Shown here: positions 9,293-18,600 of the stretch, piece after piece
How positions within the stretch are numbered: the first letter of the stretch is position 1
How the letters are laid out: the number at the start of each line of letters is the position of its first letter
Assembly (NCBI GenBank): GCA_007132345.1
Contig: SLOV01000087.1
Coordinates: 1 to 54,085 of the forward strand
Direction of reading: 5' to 3'
Length of the DNA: 54,085 nucleotides
Source of the DNA: Kiritimatiellia bacterium
GTDB taxonomy: Bacteria; Verrucomicrobiota; Kiritimatiellia; SLOV01
Notes under the pieces: model-generated
Database searches by the model: none
Told to the model about the DNA's origin: nothing
What the model saw: the letters and a program-made list of their open reading frames with translations, nothing else
Made by a program: the position numbers and the translations under genes

Positions 9293-10822
9293 ATGAACGG
9301 TTGCCCATCCCTCAGTTCCCACTGCTGCCTTCGCTTCGTTTTCGCCGGCTCTCTCGCGCTCTCGGCCCTGGCCGCGCACGGCCAGGCGGTCATCGACGCG
9401 TCCCCCCCGCGTGGTGCCACCCTGACCATTCATGACAGCGGTCTCGCCCAGGTTGCCGAGCTGCGCACGGTGAATCTGCAACGCGGCCGTAACGAGGTGG
9501 CGCTGCGCACACTGCCCGCACGGCTCGACCCGGCCTCCGTATCGCTGACGCCGATCACGGAGCGGCAGCCGCTCGATGTGTTGCAGCAGCGCTTTCTCTT
9601 CGATCTCTCCGACCCATCTCTGCTGTTGCGCCGTTATCTGGGCCATTCCGTCGAAGTCACCTCACCGGCCGGTCGCGTGGAAGGCGTTCTTGCCGGTCTC
9701 CCAAGCGCCAACGAGGCCGGCGCGCTCGCGCTCCGCCGCCCCGACGGTGCGGCCGTGCTGTATCTGCAGCCCAGCGCCGTCAGCCAGATCTCCTTTCCCG
9801 ACGCGGTCAACCGGGCCTATCTCGAACCTACGCTGCGCTGGCAAATCGAAGCCGCCGAAGAAGCCACCCAACAGCTTCGCCTCTCCTACCTGGTTGAAGG
9901 GCTGCGCTGGGAGGCCGCCTACGAAATGCATCTGGCCCCCGGCGCGCGCGAGGCATGGCTCTCCATCCGTATTGGCGTCGAGAACCGGTCCGGTGGCGCC
10001 TTCGAGCGCGCGCGCCTGCGACTCGTGGCCACGGAGCGGGGTCAGGCTCCGCCGGTCCTGCCGCGGGCCGATTCGATCGAGCGCCCCCTCGCGGCCGCTG
10101 ACCCGACCCTGCGCGGCGGCGGGCCGTTACGATATCGCTATCGCGGCAGCGAACCGGTTTTCGAACGACTCGCCACGGCGGCGGCCCCGAGCGCGGTCTA
10201 CGATTTCGAGCAGCCCGTCGACCTGGCACAGGAAGAAACCGTCTACCTCCAATATGCCCGCGTCGAGAACCTGCCGGTCACCCGCTTCCACGTGTATGAC
10301 GGGGTGCTCTTCGATCGCTTCCGTCGCCACCGCCGCAACGACTGGAACTACGGCACCGAGTCGCATAGCCGCGTCGAGACGCATGTCGAGTTCCACAACA
10401 TCGAAAGCTATGGCCTCGGGCGCGCCCTGCCCGCCGGGCGGTTCCGCCTCTACGAACGAGGCACCGACGGCGTCGCGGACCTCATCGCGGCCGATCGCAT
10501 CGCCGCCGTGGAGCCCAACGGCCATGCGCACGTCATTGTCGGCCCGGCCCGCGGCCTGAGCGGCGAACGGGAACGCCTCAGCTACAGCGAAGTTCGCCCC
10601 CTCCAGGAATACGACGAGACCTTTTCGATCCAGCTCAAGAACGATACCGACGAAGCGGTCGAAATCCGTGTCGTCGAGCACCTCTACCGCTGGCCCACCT
10701 TCGAAATCCTGCGTGCCGATACCGATTTCACGCAGACCGCCCCGCAGACCATCGAGTTCCGGCCCACCATACCCGCGGGCGGCACCCGGCAGATCAGTTA
10801 CACCGTCCGATATCGCTGGTAG
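9293..10822 (+). CDS. DUF4139-like secreted protein (paralog 1)
   Basis: 509 aa with an N-terminal signal peptide. The DUF4139/DUF4140 pattern (N-terminal 'V.L..G.N.V.L..LP..LDP.SV.L' block) was recognised by eye. Confidence 0.55.
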   Translation: MNGCPSLSSHCCLRFVFAGSLALSALAAHGQAVIDASPPRGATLTIHDSGLAQVAELRTVNLQRGRNEVALRTLPARLDPASVSLTPITERQPLDVLQQRFLFDLSDPSLLLRRYLGHSVEVTSPAGRVEGVLAGLPSANEAGALALRRPDGAAVLYLQPSAVSQISFPDAVNRAYLEPTLRWQIEAAEEATQQLRLSYLVEGLRWEAAYEMHLAPGAREAWLSIRIGVENRSGGAFERARLRLVATERGQAPPVLPRADSIERPLAAADPTLRGGGPLRYRYRGSEPVFERLATAAAPSAVYDFEQPVDLAQEETVYLQYARVENLPVTRFHVYDGVLFDRFRRHRRNDWNYGTESHSRVETHVEFHNIESYGLGRALPAGRFRLYERGTDGVADLIAADRIAAVEPNGHAHVIVGPARGLSGERERLSYSEVRPLQEYDETFSIQLKNDTDEAVEIRVVEHLYRWPTFEILRADTDFTQTAPQTIEFRPTIPAGGTRQISYTVRYRW

Positions 10823-12156
10823 TGAATGCCTCCCTTCGCGCCTGCTGTGCCGCCCTCCTCCTCGCCTATGCGCCGGGGCGCGTCGCCGTCTCCTCCCGGG
10901 CCGCGACCGAGTCAGCACGCATCGCACTGAGCGTGGGCCAGGGCTGGGCACTGGTGAACGAAACCCGGCCATTCGCCTTACGGCCCGGCACGCAGCAACT
11001 CATCGTGGAGGGCTTACCCGATAGCGTCGATCTCTCCACCCTCGCCATTCGGCACCGCCGCGTACCGATCGAACTCCTGAGCTGGCGTCGCCTCCAGAGG
11101 CCCGCCTCGCCCCGCCACCCGTCCCTCTATCCCGCGGGCGACCGCATCGTCTGGATGGCGCAAGGCGCCGAAACCCGCCCGACCGTCTTGGATCGGCCCG
11201 CCGTGCAATGCACCCTTCGCAGTCCACTCTCCGGCACCGAATCGCTCGACCTGACCTATCTCCTCGGCGACTTCTCCTGGGAGGCGCACTACCAACTTGC
11301 AGTGCGGGGCGACATCGCCGACGAACACGCACCTGTCTCCGTCGACCTCCTCGGGCGCATCGCCATTTCCAACGGCACCGAGCGGCTCTTCACCGGCGCC
11401 GCCATTACCCTGCTCGGCGTCTATGACCAGCGCAAACCCGATCCCCGCCACCGCGCGGGCTGGCTGGCGATTCCCCCCTTCACCACCCTGACCCATACCT
11501 ACCCCGCCAGGCCCGACGCCAACGCGGGCGCCGCCCCGCCCGTCTACCGCATCGACCCGCGCACCGACATCGCGCCCCGCACCGTCACCGAGTTCGCCTT
11601 TGCCACCACGCGCCGCGCCCCCGCGCAACGGCTCTATCTGGCAACACCGGAGCGCCTCACTTCCAGCCGCTCCGCGGCCATGCCCCTCGACCGGCTCGTC
11701 ATCCTCGACAATCGAACCGACGCCGGCCTGGGCTTCGCCATGCCGCCCGGCGAGGCAGAAGTCTATCTCGGTGGCATCGGCATGCGCCTCCACGAGCGCG
11801 GCCATCTCCCCCATACGGCCACCGGCGAACGCATTCAGATCCAGCTCGGCCCCGCGGCATCGGTCACGGTCCGCCATGTACATCTCGGCACCGAACGACT
11901 CGCGACCGGCAGCTTCGAAGAAACCCACGAGATCCGCCTGCGCAACGAACTCGACTCGTCCGTGCGCACCGAAGTCCATGCGATTCCCGAAGCCGTTACC
12001 GCCTGGGACGTCACACGCTCCAGCCAGCCCTTCCAGCGCGAGGGCCGCCGCCTGATCTGGACACCCACCATCCCCGCCCATGGCGATGTGACCCTCCGCT
12101 ATCAACTGCGCGTGCAACCCGGCTTCGATCCCATTCGCGCGCCCGACCCCACCTGA
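10822..12156 (+). CDS. DUF4139-like secreted protein (paralog 2)
   Basis: 444 aa with a GTG start that overlaps the upstream stop by 1 nt (TAGTG). Signal peptide present. Same N-terminal block as paralog 1 (LRPGTQQLIVEGLPDSVDLSTLAI). Confidence 0.55.
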   Translation: MNASLRACCAALLLAYAPGRVAVSSRAATESARIALSVGQGWALVNETRPFALRPGTQQLIVEGLPDSVDLSTLAIRHRRVPIELLSWRRLQRPASPRHPSLYPAGDRIVWMAQGAETRPTVLDRPAVQCTLRSPLSGTESLDLTYLLGDFSWEAHYQLAVRGDIADEHAPVSVDLLGRIAISNGTERLFTGAAITLLGVYDQRKPDPRHRAGWLAIPPFTTLTHTYPARPDANAGAAPPVYRIDPRTDIAPRTVTEFAFATTRRAPAQRLYLATPERLTSSRSAAMPLDRLVILDNRTDAGLGFAMPPGEAEVYLGGIGMRLHERGHLPHTATGERIQIQLGPAASVTVRHVHLGTERLATGSFEETHEIRLRNELDSSVRTEVHAIPEAVTAWDVTRSSQPFQREGRRLIWTPTIPAHGDVTLRYQLRVQPGFDPIRAPDPT

Positions 12157-12203
12157 ACCCGCCTGGTTCCGCGTCCGCCCCCCGTGCAAAGAACCACGCC
12201 TAA

Positions 12204-12230
12204 TCCGGCTCGGAAAGCCGAGCCGCTCCG
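12204..12230. repeat. REP-like GC hairpin (copy 1)
   Basis: tccggctcggaaagccgagccgctccg. An almost identical 27-mer lies at 23840-23866. Both sit 50-100 nt after the stop of a plus-strand gene. Confidence 0.6.
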
Positions 12231-12467
12231 TCAGCGCAGGAATTTGCGCCAGTTGAAAACCGTTTTGTTTCGCGACATTCGGATTTCGGGCTTCTTTCAG
12301 GCTTCCGTTTCCGCGGTTCGCGCTACGCCGAGACACGTGGGTCTTTGGGTCCTTCGACATTCCTTTCCAATGATCCACGCCTGTTCGTGCATCAGCCCTG
12401 TCCGCGTCCGGCGCCCCCGCCTGGGGGCTGGCATCTCGTCGCCCTGCTGTGTATAAGCGGCACTTCC

Positions 12468-13931
12468 ATGGTCTTCAGTTCGCATCTCTTCATCTTCTAC
12501 TTCCTGCCCGTGGCCCTGCTGCTCTATTACGCAGTGCCCCGGCGCGGCAAGCATCTGGTGCTCACCCTCTTGAGCTACCTCTTCTACGGATGGGCGAATC
12601 CCCTCTTCATGGTGCTCATGTTCGGATCCACGCTCGTGGATTACATCTGCGGCCTGGTGATCAGCCAGCAACTCGGCGCAGGCCGCCGCCCGGACGGCGA
12701 GGTGCCCTTGCTCGCCGAGCGCGGGCCGCGGACCCGCCGCCAGCACATCGCCTGCGTCGTCTCCGTCTGCTCCAATCTCTCCCTGCTCGGCTTCTTCAAA
12801 TATTTCAATTTCGCCGCCGAAACCTATGACGCACTCCTGCAGGCCGTCGGCCTCTCCGCCTGGAGCCTCGACCTGGCCTTTCGCGTCACCCTGCCGCTGG
12901 GCATCAGCTTCTACACCTTCCAGTCGATGAGCTACACCATCGACGTCTACCGGGGGCACGCGCGCGCCATCCGGAATTTCATCGATTTCGCCTGCTACGT
13001 TTCCATGTTCCCCCAACTTGTGGCCGGGCCCATCATCCGCTTCCAGGAGGTGGCCGATCAACTCCGCGAACGCTCACACACCCTCACCAAATTCGCGCGT
13101 GGCGTCGCCTTCTTCTCCCTCGGCATGGCCAAAAAGGTGCTGATCGCCAACAGTTGCGGAAAAGTGGCCGATGTCGTCTTCGACGCCGCCAGCATCACCC
13201 TGCTCGACAGTTGGGTGGGCGTCATCGCCTACTCGTTCCAAATCTACTTCGATTTCAGCGGCTACTCCGACATGGCCATCGGACTCGGCCTCATGCTCGG
13301 CTTCACTTTCCCGAAGAACTTCGACTCCCCCTACCTCTCGAAATCCATCACCGAATTCTGGCGGCGCTGGCACATCTCGCTCTCCACCTGGCTGCGCGAC
13401 TACCTCTATATTCCACTCGGCGGCAATCGAAAGGGGTCGGGCCGAACCTATATCAATCTCGCGCTCGTCATGCTGCTCGGCGGGCTCTGGCACGGGGCCG
13501 CCTGGACCTTCATCATCTGGGGCGCCATCCACGGCTGCATGCTCGCCTTCGAGCGCACCCAGGGCAAAGACTCCCTCTACCGCCGCTTGCCGGGCGCCGT
13601 GCGCGTGGCCCTCACCTACGTGCTGGTCCTCTTCAGTTGGGTCTTCTTCCGCGCCGCCGACCTGCCCTCGGCCCTCGCCTACTGCGCCGCCATGCTGGGC
13701 CTCGCCACACCCGAGCCGCAGGCCTGGCTCATTCGCGGCATCATCTATCAACCCTACTATCTCTTCTTCATGGTGCTCGCCGCCGTCGTCACCTGGTGCT
13801 GTCCGCAAACGTGGGACTGGACCAGGCGCCTGACGGCCCCGAAGATCGCCCTGTCCCTGCTGCTCCTCCTCATTTCGCTGGTCCTGCTCACCACCCAGGC
13901 CTTCAACCCGTTCATCTATTTTATCTTCTGA
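12468..13931 (+). CDS. MBOAT family O-acyltransferase (AlgI/PatA/DltB-like)
   Basis: Start at ATG 12468 (MVFSSHLFIFYFLP...). Multi-TM protein with the MBOAT signature region FWRRWHISLSTWLRDYLYIPLGGNR...LLGGLWHG. Confidence 0.85.
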   Translation: MVFSSHLFIFYFLPVALLLYYAVPRRGKHLVLTLLSYLFYGWANPLFMVLMFGSTLVDYICGLVISQQLGAGRRPDGEVPLLAERGPRTRRQHIACVVSVCSNLSLLGFFKYFNFAAETYDALLQAVGLSAWSLDLAFRVTLPLGISFYTFQSMSYTIDVYRGHARAIRNFIDFACYVSMFPQLVAGPIIRFQEVADQLRERSHTLTKFARGVAFFSLGMAKKVLIANSCGKVADVVFDAASITLLDSWVGVIAYSFQIYFDFSGYSDMAIGLGLMLGFTFPKNFDSPYLSKSITEFWRRWHISLSTWLRDYLYIPLGGNRKGSGRTYINLALVMLLGGLWHGAAWTFIIWGAIHGCMLAFERTQGKDSLYRRLPGAVRVALTYVLVLFSWVFFRAADLPSALAYCAAMLGLATPEPQAWLIRGIIYQPYYLFFMVLAAVVTWCCPQTWDWTRRLTAPKIALSLLLLLISLVLLTTQAFNPFIYFIF

Positions 13932-13935
13932 CCCC

Positions 13936-15636
13936 ATGGCGAAACCCGAAAAACCACAGCGCCTGACCCGCGAAGAAGCGGCCCGCATCGAGATCGGCTC
14001 CACCGACATCTCGGCGCGCGGCGCCAGGTGGCTGGTCATCGGCTTCCTCGCCCTCTTCGCCTGGGTCGCCCCGTTGCAGATGCTCCTCGACCTTCGCGCC
14101 CCGGTACGCGTGCAGGCCTTCACCTTCCTGCGCGCCCTGCGCCAGACCCCGTCCATCTTCCGCGATGCATCCGGCCCCGTCTGGAGCCGCGTCTTCGCCG
14201 TCAATCGCTTCCTCTTGCGGGAGATCGACGTCTACGAAGACCGTCTCGAAAGAGAGTCCTTCCTCGATGCGCGGCTGGTGCCTCCGATGCAGTGGTTCAT
14301 GACCCGATATGCCGGCCTGGGCAACGAACAGGCCTATCTCGGCCGGGACGGCTGGCTCTTCTTCCGGCCGGGCGTCGATTCGGTGGTCGGGCCGGGCTTT
14401 CTCGACCCGCGCGTCCTGCGGCAGCGAGCCGCGGCAGGCAACGAGTGGCAGGAGCCGGTTCATCCCGACCCGATTCCCGCCATTCTCCAGTTCCGCGACC
14501 AACTCGCCGAGCGCGACATCCGTCTGGTTCTGGTGCCCGTCCCCGTGAAACCCACCATGCATCCCGAAAAACTGGCGCGCCACTATGTGGGACACCAAGA
14601 GCCCCTGCATAACCGCTCCTATGCCGAGTTCATGCGCCGCATGGAAGACGCCGGGCTCTTCGTCTTCGATGCCGCCCCCTTCCTGGCGCGAGCGGCCCCC
14701 GAGGGAGACCCGACCTATCTGCATACCGACACCCACTGGCTGCCGGAAAGCATGGAGCGGGTCGCCGAAGAACTTGCCGACGTCGTGCGCATCGTTGGGC
14801 GCCTGGACCCGGGCGGCACGGAATACCGCGAGCGGCAAACCGTCGTCAGTGCCCAGGGCGACATCGCCCGTATGCTCCGCCTGCCGGAGCAACGGCCCCT
14901 CTTCCCGAACGAAACCGTGTCGATCCGGGAAGTGCTCGACCCGAACGGTGAACCGTGGCGGCCCGATGCCGCCGCCGAGGTCTTGCTGCTGGGCGACAGC
15001 TTCAGCAACATCTATGCGGACGAGCGCATGGGCTGGGGCCGTGCCGCCGGCCTCGCGGAGCGCATGAGCTACCACCTGCGCCGACCCCTGGACACCATCA
15101 TCCGAAACGACGCAGGGGCCGTGGCCACACGCCGTATTCTTTCGCAACAGTTGCGCGGCGGCACGGACCGGTTGGTGGGCAAGAAAGTGGTGGTCTGGCA
15201 ATTCGCGGCGCGCGAGCTGGCCGTTGGGAACTGGACCCCGGTCGACCTGACGCTCGGCCCGGCTGAACGCATTACAGAGCGACGCTTCCTCACCGTCCCA
15301 TTGGGCGAAGAGCGATTGGCCGAAGGACGCATCGTGGAAGCAACGCCCGTACCCACGCCGGGCTCGGTTCCCTATCAGGACCACATTCGCTCCCTGCACA
15401 TCGTTGACCTGCGCTCGCCCGACGGGGCCGTCGCGGGCGAAGAGGCCGTTGTCTACCTTTGGAGCATGCGCGAAAACCGGTGGACACCCGCCGCCGGCCT
15501 TGGCGCGGGCGACCGGGTTACCTTACGGCTTCGCTCCTGGGACGAGGTCGCCGACGATCTGGAAGCGATCAATCGCAGCGAGGTACGCGACCTTGAGCTA
15601 CAGTTGCAGGAACCCTTGTGGGGCGAATTGCACTGA
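13936..15636 (+). CDS. AlgX/AlgJ-like (DHHW/SGNH-like) O-acetyltransferase partner protein
   Basis: N-terminal TM anchor and an HTDTHW motif as in AlgJ/AlgX. It lies 4 nt downstream of the MBOAT gene. 566 aa. Confidence 0.65.
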   Translation: MAKPEKPQRLTREEAARIEIGSTDISARGARWLVIGFLALFAWVAPLQMLLDLRAPVRVQAFTFLRALRQTPSIFRDASGPVWSRVFAVNRFLLREIDVYEDRLERESFLDARLVPPMQWFMTRYAGLGNEQAYLGRDGWLFFRPGVDSVVGPGFLDPRVLRQRAAAGNEWQEPVHPDPIPAILQFRDQLAERDIRLVLVPVPVKPTMHPEKLARHYVGHQEPLHNRSYAEFMRRMEDAGLFVFDAAPFLARAAPEGDPTYLHTDTHWLPESMERVAEELADVVRIVGRLDPGGTEYRERQTVVSAQGDIARMLRLPEQRPLFPNETVSIREVLDPNGEPWRPDAAAEVLLLGDSFSNIYADERMGWGRAAGLAERMSYHLRRPLDTIIRNDAGAVATRRILSQQLRGGTDRLVGKKVVVWQFAARELAVGNWTPVDLTLGPAERITERRFLTVPLGEERLAEGRIVEATPVPTPGSVPYQDHIRSLHIVDLRSPDGAVAGEEAVVYLWSMRENRWTPAAGLGAGDRVTLRLRSWDEVADDLEAINRSEVRDLELQLQEPLWGELH

Positions 15637-15675
15637 AGCACGAACCCTTCTGTTTTGCCGTTATCGAAATGGAGG

Positions 15676-18600
15676 CTACGGAAGCGCTTCGAAACGCAAT
15701 CGGTACGTCTTCCACGGCTCGACCGGCAGATCCTCGAACGTCCCTTCGATGGCGGGCCACTGGTTCGTCGGGGGAACCGGCGCCCAGATGCCCGTAACGA
15801 GATTTGTGTTGAATTCCACGGTGTACCCGATGTTCGGCGGCAGGTTTGACACACCGAATCCGAAGATGCCCGGACCGATCTGGAGATCGACACCCGCGAT
15901 CACCGGCAACGGAATCACATTCACGAGCACCTGCGCCGTGGCCGAGTCGCCGGCCAGGTCGGTGACCCGGAACGTGAACGAATCGGACCCAGTAAATCCT
16001 GCGTCCGGCGTGTAATACAAGCCGTTGGCATCGGCTGCGGCAGCGCCGTGCGTCGGCTGCGTGACGATGGAGAGCGTGAATGCGTCACCTTCGTCCGGAT
16101 CGATAACATCGGGCATGAACGGTCCGGCCTGCGCGGACTCGAAGATGTCGAGCGTCAGGCTGCTCACGCTGGGCGGCGTATTGACCGGCAACACGACAAC
16201 ATCCGCCGTGGCCGGCGCGGCGAGGGTCAGTCCATACGCATCGGTGACCTGGAAGGTGAAAGTATCGTCTCCATGCGTGTTCGGGTTGGGGGTGTAGACG
16301 AAGGCGTCGCCGAGAATCTGCACCGTGCCCTTCGCGGGCGGCCCGACGATGGAGAGCGTATGCTGTTCGTCAGGATCGGGATCGGTAATGACCGGCGCGA
16401 CCGGCGCACTCGCCTGATTCTGCAGCGTGGTGATAGTGAGCGGCGCGACCGTCGGTGGCACGGCCGCGACGAAGGTGGCCTGTAACGAACGATTCGTGAC
16501 CATGCTCACCTCGGCCACACCTTCCTCGACACGGTCGGCGCCCTGCCACTCCGTAAAGCGCCAGCCTGTGGCCGGGGCGGCGGCGAAGAGGAGGCGGTCG
16601 GTATCGAGGTATTCCGTGGTGCCGGTGGGCGCAACGTTCCCGAGCGGCATGCTCAAGATGGTTCCTTCGCCGCTCTGGGTCAGGTTGAGTTCGTTCGTGA
16701 TCGGCGGGTCGATCCGGCGCAGGTAGAGGTGCTGTCGCCCGGTCGGGGAGTAGGGCGCGACGTATTCCTGTTGGCTGACCCACCAGGCATAGCGGCCACA
16801 GGGCGTGAGGCCGCCGTCCAGCACCGCGGCGCCACTGACGATGTTGGAGGCAATCCAGTTCGGCGAAGGAGGATTCAGCGACATGACACCGAGCGTGCCG
16901 GCGGTGCCCAGGAAGAGGTCGGCCACACTGTTGTTATCGCCTGAGATCAGGTTGTTGTGCTCCGAGACCCATGCAATCTTGTTGTTATGGAAGGCGGCGG
17001 GCCGGAGGTCGGCGGAAACGGTGAGCTGTCCCCAGCCATTTACGGCGGGGACGGAGGACTGCGTGTTGCCTACACCGCGGCTCTGCCAGGAAATGATCCG
17101 GTTGCTGATGCTCGCCGTGCCGAAGCGTTCGCCGATCGACGTGTACACGTCCATGCCGGTGCTAGTCAGATTCGTGTCCCCTGTGAAGTTCACATTTCCG
17201 CGCGAGCGGAACACTGCCGTATCGCCGTCCGGCGCCACCGCTATGTCCTCGATACCTTCTGCCAACACAGCGCCGCCCGCCAGCGACTCGCGGTTCACCA
17301 CATACATGAGCCGATTGGTCAGGCCGACATGCAGCGTGCCCGCCTCGCTATTGCCCGGGAACTTCATCATCATGCCGTGCCGCGTGGAACCGGTGGCCGC
17401 CAGGTCAGGATGCAGATCGGTGGCCTGTGTAATGAAGACCAGATAACGGCCATCACCACTGATGCTTGGGCTCCTCGACAGATCGTTGCCGGTCAGCGTG
17501 GGCGTCACGGTACTGATCGCGTAGGTGACGTAGTTGTCGTCGAAATAGTCCCCGTTGCCGTCCGGATCGAGGTCGACCATATAGATATCGCGCGAGTTGT
17601 TGCCCAGCGTCAGTCCGTTCACATAGCTGGCGGCGGGCGAGTCGAAGAAGACATAACGCCCGTTGTGCGTTGGCGCCATGTTGAGGCCCGTGTTGGTGGC
17701 GCGGTTGATCGGGTTGCCGTTGAAGTGGCGGGAGATGACAGCAATACGCCCCGTGTCTACCTCCTTCACGTACAGGTTCCAGGTGGTCGTTCCGGCAACA
17801 AGATTAGTGGCTCGGCTGCGGAAATAGACGTAACGGCCATCGCCGGAAATGGCGGGATTCTGCGAATCCCCGCCCAGGGCCTGCTCACCGTTCGGTCCGG
17901 TGTTGACGCGGCGGATCCGGCCGCCTTCGCTGAGAAAGATGTCTGCGCGCTGGTTGCTGTCGCCCGGTACGAACGCATTGCCGGAGGACTGGAAGACAAA
18001 ACGTGAACCGTCCCATGAGGAGGCGACCGATTGAATGGCGCCCACCGTGATGTTGGTCGGATTGCCCTCTTCATCGTAGAAATCGCTCGTCACGTCGTCG
18101 ATACGCGGCGAGAGCACGGTCAACGGCAGGGTGTCGAAGGCATCCGGCCGGTCGTAGATCAGCAGGAGCGGGGCGACCGCAAGATTTCCATAAACGTCTT
18201 CGCTGCCCACCTGGAGCACGTTGGTGCCCAGGGCAATTGCCACGGATCCGGTATAGCGGGCGAAAGCGCCAACGGTCTGGTCGAAGACGAATGGATCCGA
18301 GGTGCCTGCCTCATCGGTATCGGCATTCACAAAGGACGCCAGGGGCGCGCTGTATTCCGAGGTATTCGGGTCGCGCACATCCACGCGGAGATCGACAACA
18401 TTGGTGAAGACCCGGAACCCGCCATCCACCGGCAAGCCGCCAACCGCCGTGAGGTTCGTGAGTGTCGGCGGCGTAAAGTCGAAGTAAGCTTGGAAGTTTG
18501 TTGTAGAGACATTCCCCACACGGTCCGTGGCCGCTGCCTGGAAGGTGATGAACCCGCCGACCAGCGCCGAACCGCCCGGCGCACTCTTGATCTGGTCGAT

